Below, in pieces: positions 61,001-64,000 of a stretch of DNA of 64,000 nucleotides. Within the stretch, counting starts at the first letter, position 1; each line of letters begins with the position of its first letter. The DNA comes from Antedon mediterranea (lineage: Eukaryota; Animalia; Echinodermata). The stretch lies in assembly GCF_964355755.1 (NCBI RefSeq), contig NC_092673.1:20953648-21017647 (forward strand), read 5' to 3'. The position numbers were made by a program, and so were the translations under genes. The notes below the pieces were generated by a model that searched no databases, had not been told where the DNA came from, and worked only from the letters and a program-made list of their open reading frames with translations.

Positions 61001-64000
61001 ATTGTGATCACTACTTATTGTAATTGCTTCTCTCCTCAGAGGGAAAAAGGGCTATTTTGGTTTATTCAGAAAGCTAGGCATAAAATAGCCAACTGGAGGA
61101 ATTAGCAATGCTCGAGCAAAGTCTATCAAATGTAATTGATGTTTGGAACCAATTTAATAATGGAACAACAGACCAAAAATTATGTATGTTCTTGGTTCTT
61201 CCTACAAATATTGAAGTTGTATTCGATAGATTTGGTAAAGGTTTCACCAAATGGGCATGGAAAAGTAGAAGGGAAAGCAACAATAAAAATGCTATAGTTC
61301 TTTGCTTTTTAAATCCTGTATTACTTTTGTTTATGTTATTTCCTTGTAAATGGGCCTATTGTTATTTTTTTATTTTTTTATTTTACTTACTCTGTGCCAC
61401 GTGTTTCAAAAGTGTAGCTTTCAAAATAAATTATTATTATTATTATATTCAACACTTACGGTTTAAGCACCTTCTGTGGAGGCGAGTCTGAAGAGTCTAT
61501 TTCTTCCATTGGCTCAACAACCTCCTCTCGTCTGTCGGCACCAGCACCAAATACATAAACACTAGCACCAGATATGATATCAAGAACTGATAAAGAAGAT
61601 TCTTGTGATGGGCAGATTGGCCATTGGTTACGATCTAAGAAGATTATATCTGTAGTACATGACCATGACCTGCCACCAAGCTGAAAGTTTCAATATACAT
61701 GTAAAGTCAATGTTTGTCCCATTACAGGGCTTGACATTTATCCTAGTAGGTCCTTTTTCTGCTGCCCAAAAATAATGGATGGTTAATAACTGTGTGAATA
61801 AATTAACCCCAATTTCTTGGCAGCAGAAACAGGACAAATTGTCAATAACCTGTTAAATGGCAGCCTGAAAATAACAGTTAAAAACAGCCAATCGATTTGG
61901 TGTTAGATTATTTGATTGACAGCCTTTGACTTGAGTCAACTACACTGCAGTTTGAACTGACTGCCAGTGCCAATTGCATTTTGGGTACTGATTCTGTCTG
62001 CGATCATACGGTCTATATAAAAATTATAATTTTGAAATAAATTGTTTATTTAGCGCTATGGAGAAGAAACACCTAGTAAACTAGCAAAAGATTTTTATAA
62101 TTGCTAGCTAGTTAAAAATGTCAAAACTTGCTACAACAAATTTGCTAGTTACAGTAGATATTTACAACTAACAAAACAAAAAATATTGATATTAGTTAAT
62201 TTACCAATAAAATGTATAGTAATTTCAACTTCAATATAATTTTGAATATAATTTAAAGTATTATAGATACGGGAAATCAACAGAAAACATTAAAACAGTA
62301 GAAACTTAAAATTATACATGATATTACCAGGGTTGTTATTACTATTTGAACTAGTTATGAATAGAAAGAGGAAGTGAGCGATGATCACATGCTGTGAACT
62401 CTTGACCTTATAGTTGTATTAGAAAAAAAATCAAGCTCATATGTTTATGCAGCTCACCAAAATGGATTGTGATTTATAGGAGGAATTCCAAAGTACATTA
62501 CAGCTATCTTAAGCTGTGTTTTATACAACAACCTAAATTTGAACACTTCTTTAATTTTTAATATGCAAAACAAGCAAAATTAAGACAAGTAGCCTTTTTC
62601 ACAATTATAATCACCTTAAAACAGAATCTCTACAATGAAATGATGACGCTACTACGTTGGATGGCTCCCTCTTGAGGGCGTGGTTACGGATGCGTGCATT
62701 ATCCGATAGGGGTGCTATGTTATATATACACAGATTTTTCTTTTTCGTAAATTGTATCCTCTCTTCGGAGAGAGAGGCTATATTGTCGGTTTATCCAGGT
62801 AAGCAGGCACGAAATAGACTCTACAATGTTATACGCCACACTTCTTGTAGGCGTGTTGAATGCATGTAATATTAATAGCATGTTGTATAAACGCACCCTA
62901 AGTTGGAGTTGCGAATCAATATAAAGAATATAAAATACTATAATGTTAATTAAATATCTCATTTTTGTGATATTAAAAAAAAGTAATAATGTAAAGTGAT
63001 AGGTTGATGAGAAAATAACATTTTTTTAAATTATCTACAGTACAATCTTGTAATTTATGGTAATTTAATCTCATTATATAATAAAAGAATAAATTAATTA
63101 CCTGAGAGGCTACAGCTCGTCTGAGATCAGAAACCATTAATGTTAAGCTGGAGACAAATACAAAGCCTAAGGCAGTTCCATCTTTCGTAATAATTCCAAC
63201 TCTAGGCCGATCTACTGACAGAGATGATAATAATTAGATAAATATTTAATTACCATCTTTAATGAGGGTGGCCTAACAGTTCCATAAGATATTAAAGATG
63301 TATTTCCCAAAAAAACATGAAAAATGAAGATTAATAAAATCAGATTTTGAATAATGTAGGTCATTTTGCAGTTTATTCCTCTTTCCATAGAAAAAAAAAC
63401 AAAAATAATAATTTCAGTTATAAAAAGACATAAAATTGGTTAAATTAAAGAACTCATTGTCTGACAGGCAATGGGATTCCGTTTTAAATTATGATATATA
63501 TATATATATTTTTTTTAATCTAATTTTTACAAAAAAAAATCTTTTTTCAGGGGGGAAAATATGAAAAGGCAATCAGTCCATCACAACTAAATAAAATGCA
63601 TTTGTATAAGAAAGTAGGAGTTGTAGTTACAGTATATCTTAGTATTTCTTGGTAAATTATCATGAACTAAATTAGCAAAGAATCACTAAATAGTTTAAGT
63701 TAATATAAAACAAACCAAGGCAAGCCATTTCAATAAATAATATGTCCAATGGTTTCATTTCTGTATCAATGAATTGATAAACTATGGTTATACTAGCAAA
63801 CAAAGTATCACTGATATATAATGTTTGATTTAAAGTTTGATGAAAATAATACTAATTACTGTATTAAAAGTCTTGCAGGACCTCAAAAACAAAAACATTT
63901 ACTTACCAAATCCAGGCTGAATTTTAATGACGCCGTTTTCATTGATAAGATGTTGAATTTTAATTAGAGCTTCTTGTATTGATGCTACAGGCCATCTGAT
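49077..64000 (-). CDS. Multi-exon gene (5' end beyond the window) encoding putative ubiquitin-like repeats - TIR - TIR - SLOG protein, >795 aa
   Basis: Phase-consistent GT-AG exons: >64000-63907, 63214-63102, 61680-61460, 60503-60266, 58439-58314, 57904-57772, 54706-54579, 54365-54237, 54101-53990, 53681-53536, 52994-52893, 52472-52362, 51366-51272, 50810-50651, 50211-50070, 49669-49548, 49292-49077 (2388 nt, open to TAA). TIR1: EVVISYVRAE..LEEEGFSVYLDVHEIRCGTDWQDSLNFAVSNCEVFLPLLTPAYGQTQWTNREIKLADVLGKFIVPVNF. TIR2: LVVIGVHPKQ..FEGEGYEVWC..VDESGIVLFVLSKAFAESKTCKQQVFYC..RVVPLNY. SLOG: CVYISGG..CRAIGKSLA..LATGGFFGVG..RDRENIV..CILIEGGPGAAHE..VVIPVKCTGGAA. Confidence 0.88.
49712..50000 (+). mobile_element. 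tRNA-derived SINE, family A (TIR-SLOG gene intron)
   Basis: gcgagtgaggggtcgagcggataagacagtggaacc...ggttcaaagctcactcgc...cggataaggactatgaaccgtaggtcc. Confidence 0.8.
51488..52124. mobile_element. About 630-bp non-autonomous DNA element flanked by TTAA; second copy at about 45588-46160
   Basis: ttaaagacccattctctac ... gtagggaatgggattttaa. The interior (aaaacattaaaccagg..ccttgtctt..atgtacgttttatggtaa..gttatcgcaataggacc) is collinear with 45588-46160. Confidence 0.75.
53755..53918. repeat. About 19-bp tandem repeat (ggtcagtaaatagtcgttt)
   Basis: About 8 degenerate units in an intron of the TIR-SLOG gene. Confidence 0.75.
55315..55525 (+). mobile_element. 5S rRNA-derived SINE (SINE3-type)
   Basis: Head acggccttaccacgtt..atcaccaaagttaagcaacgttgggcccggttagagcttggatggg..tattgggtgctgta matches 5S rRNA (A and C boxes) with deletions. 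The non-5S body is shared with 7800-8006. Confidence 0.75.
55935..56146. mobile_element. MITE with about 70-bp TIRs
   Basis: tagagttctgcggtgtgacgtcacaacgatagatggcgctgcatggttgctagccaac.. / ..gttggctagcaaccacgcagcgccacctaccgttgtgacatcagcaccatagaactcta. Confidence 0.8.

Noticed and set aside
61108-61491. 127-aa plus-strand ORF
   Set aside because: Intronic, antisense to the TIR-SLOG gene, AT-rich composition and no domain signal.
49077-64000. Bacterial contamination as the source of the TIR-SLOG sequence
   Set aside because: The frame is split by 16 GT-AG introns containing the same MITEs and SINEs as the rest of the window.

Overview
AT-rich, intron-rich animal genomic DNA, not prokaryotic. 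The repeat landscape and gene content suggest a marine invertebrate, possibly an echinoderm, but that is inference. Three spliced protein-coding genes were reconstructed by hand. (1) The last coding exon (TM3-TM7 plus C-tail) of a D2-like aminergic GPCR at 19313-20251 (+). (2) A complete 13-exon AATF/BFR2 gene at 32434-46828 (-), about 556 aa. (3) A 5'-truncated gene with at least 17 exons at 49077->64000 (-), encoding putative ubiquitin-like repeats, a TIR domain with the catalytic Glu, a second TIR with Glu->Gln, and a C-terminal SLOG domain. This TIR+SLOG pairing joins, in one spliceosomal animal gene, the signal-making and signal-sensing domain types of bacterial type I Thoeris, and is the main finding. 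The rest is dense with MITEs and other non-autonomous DNA transposons (several nested), tRNA- and 5S-derived SINEs, LINE fragments and tandem arrays, including a 94-bp satellite that grew out of a MITE.
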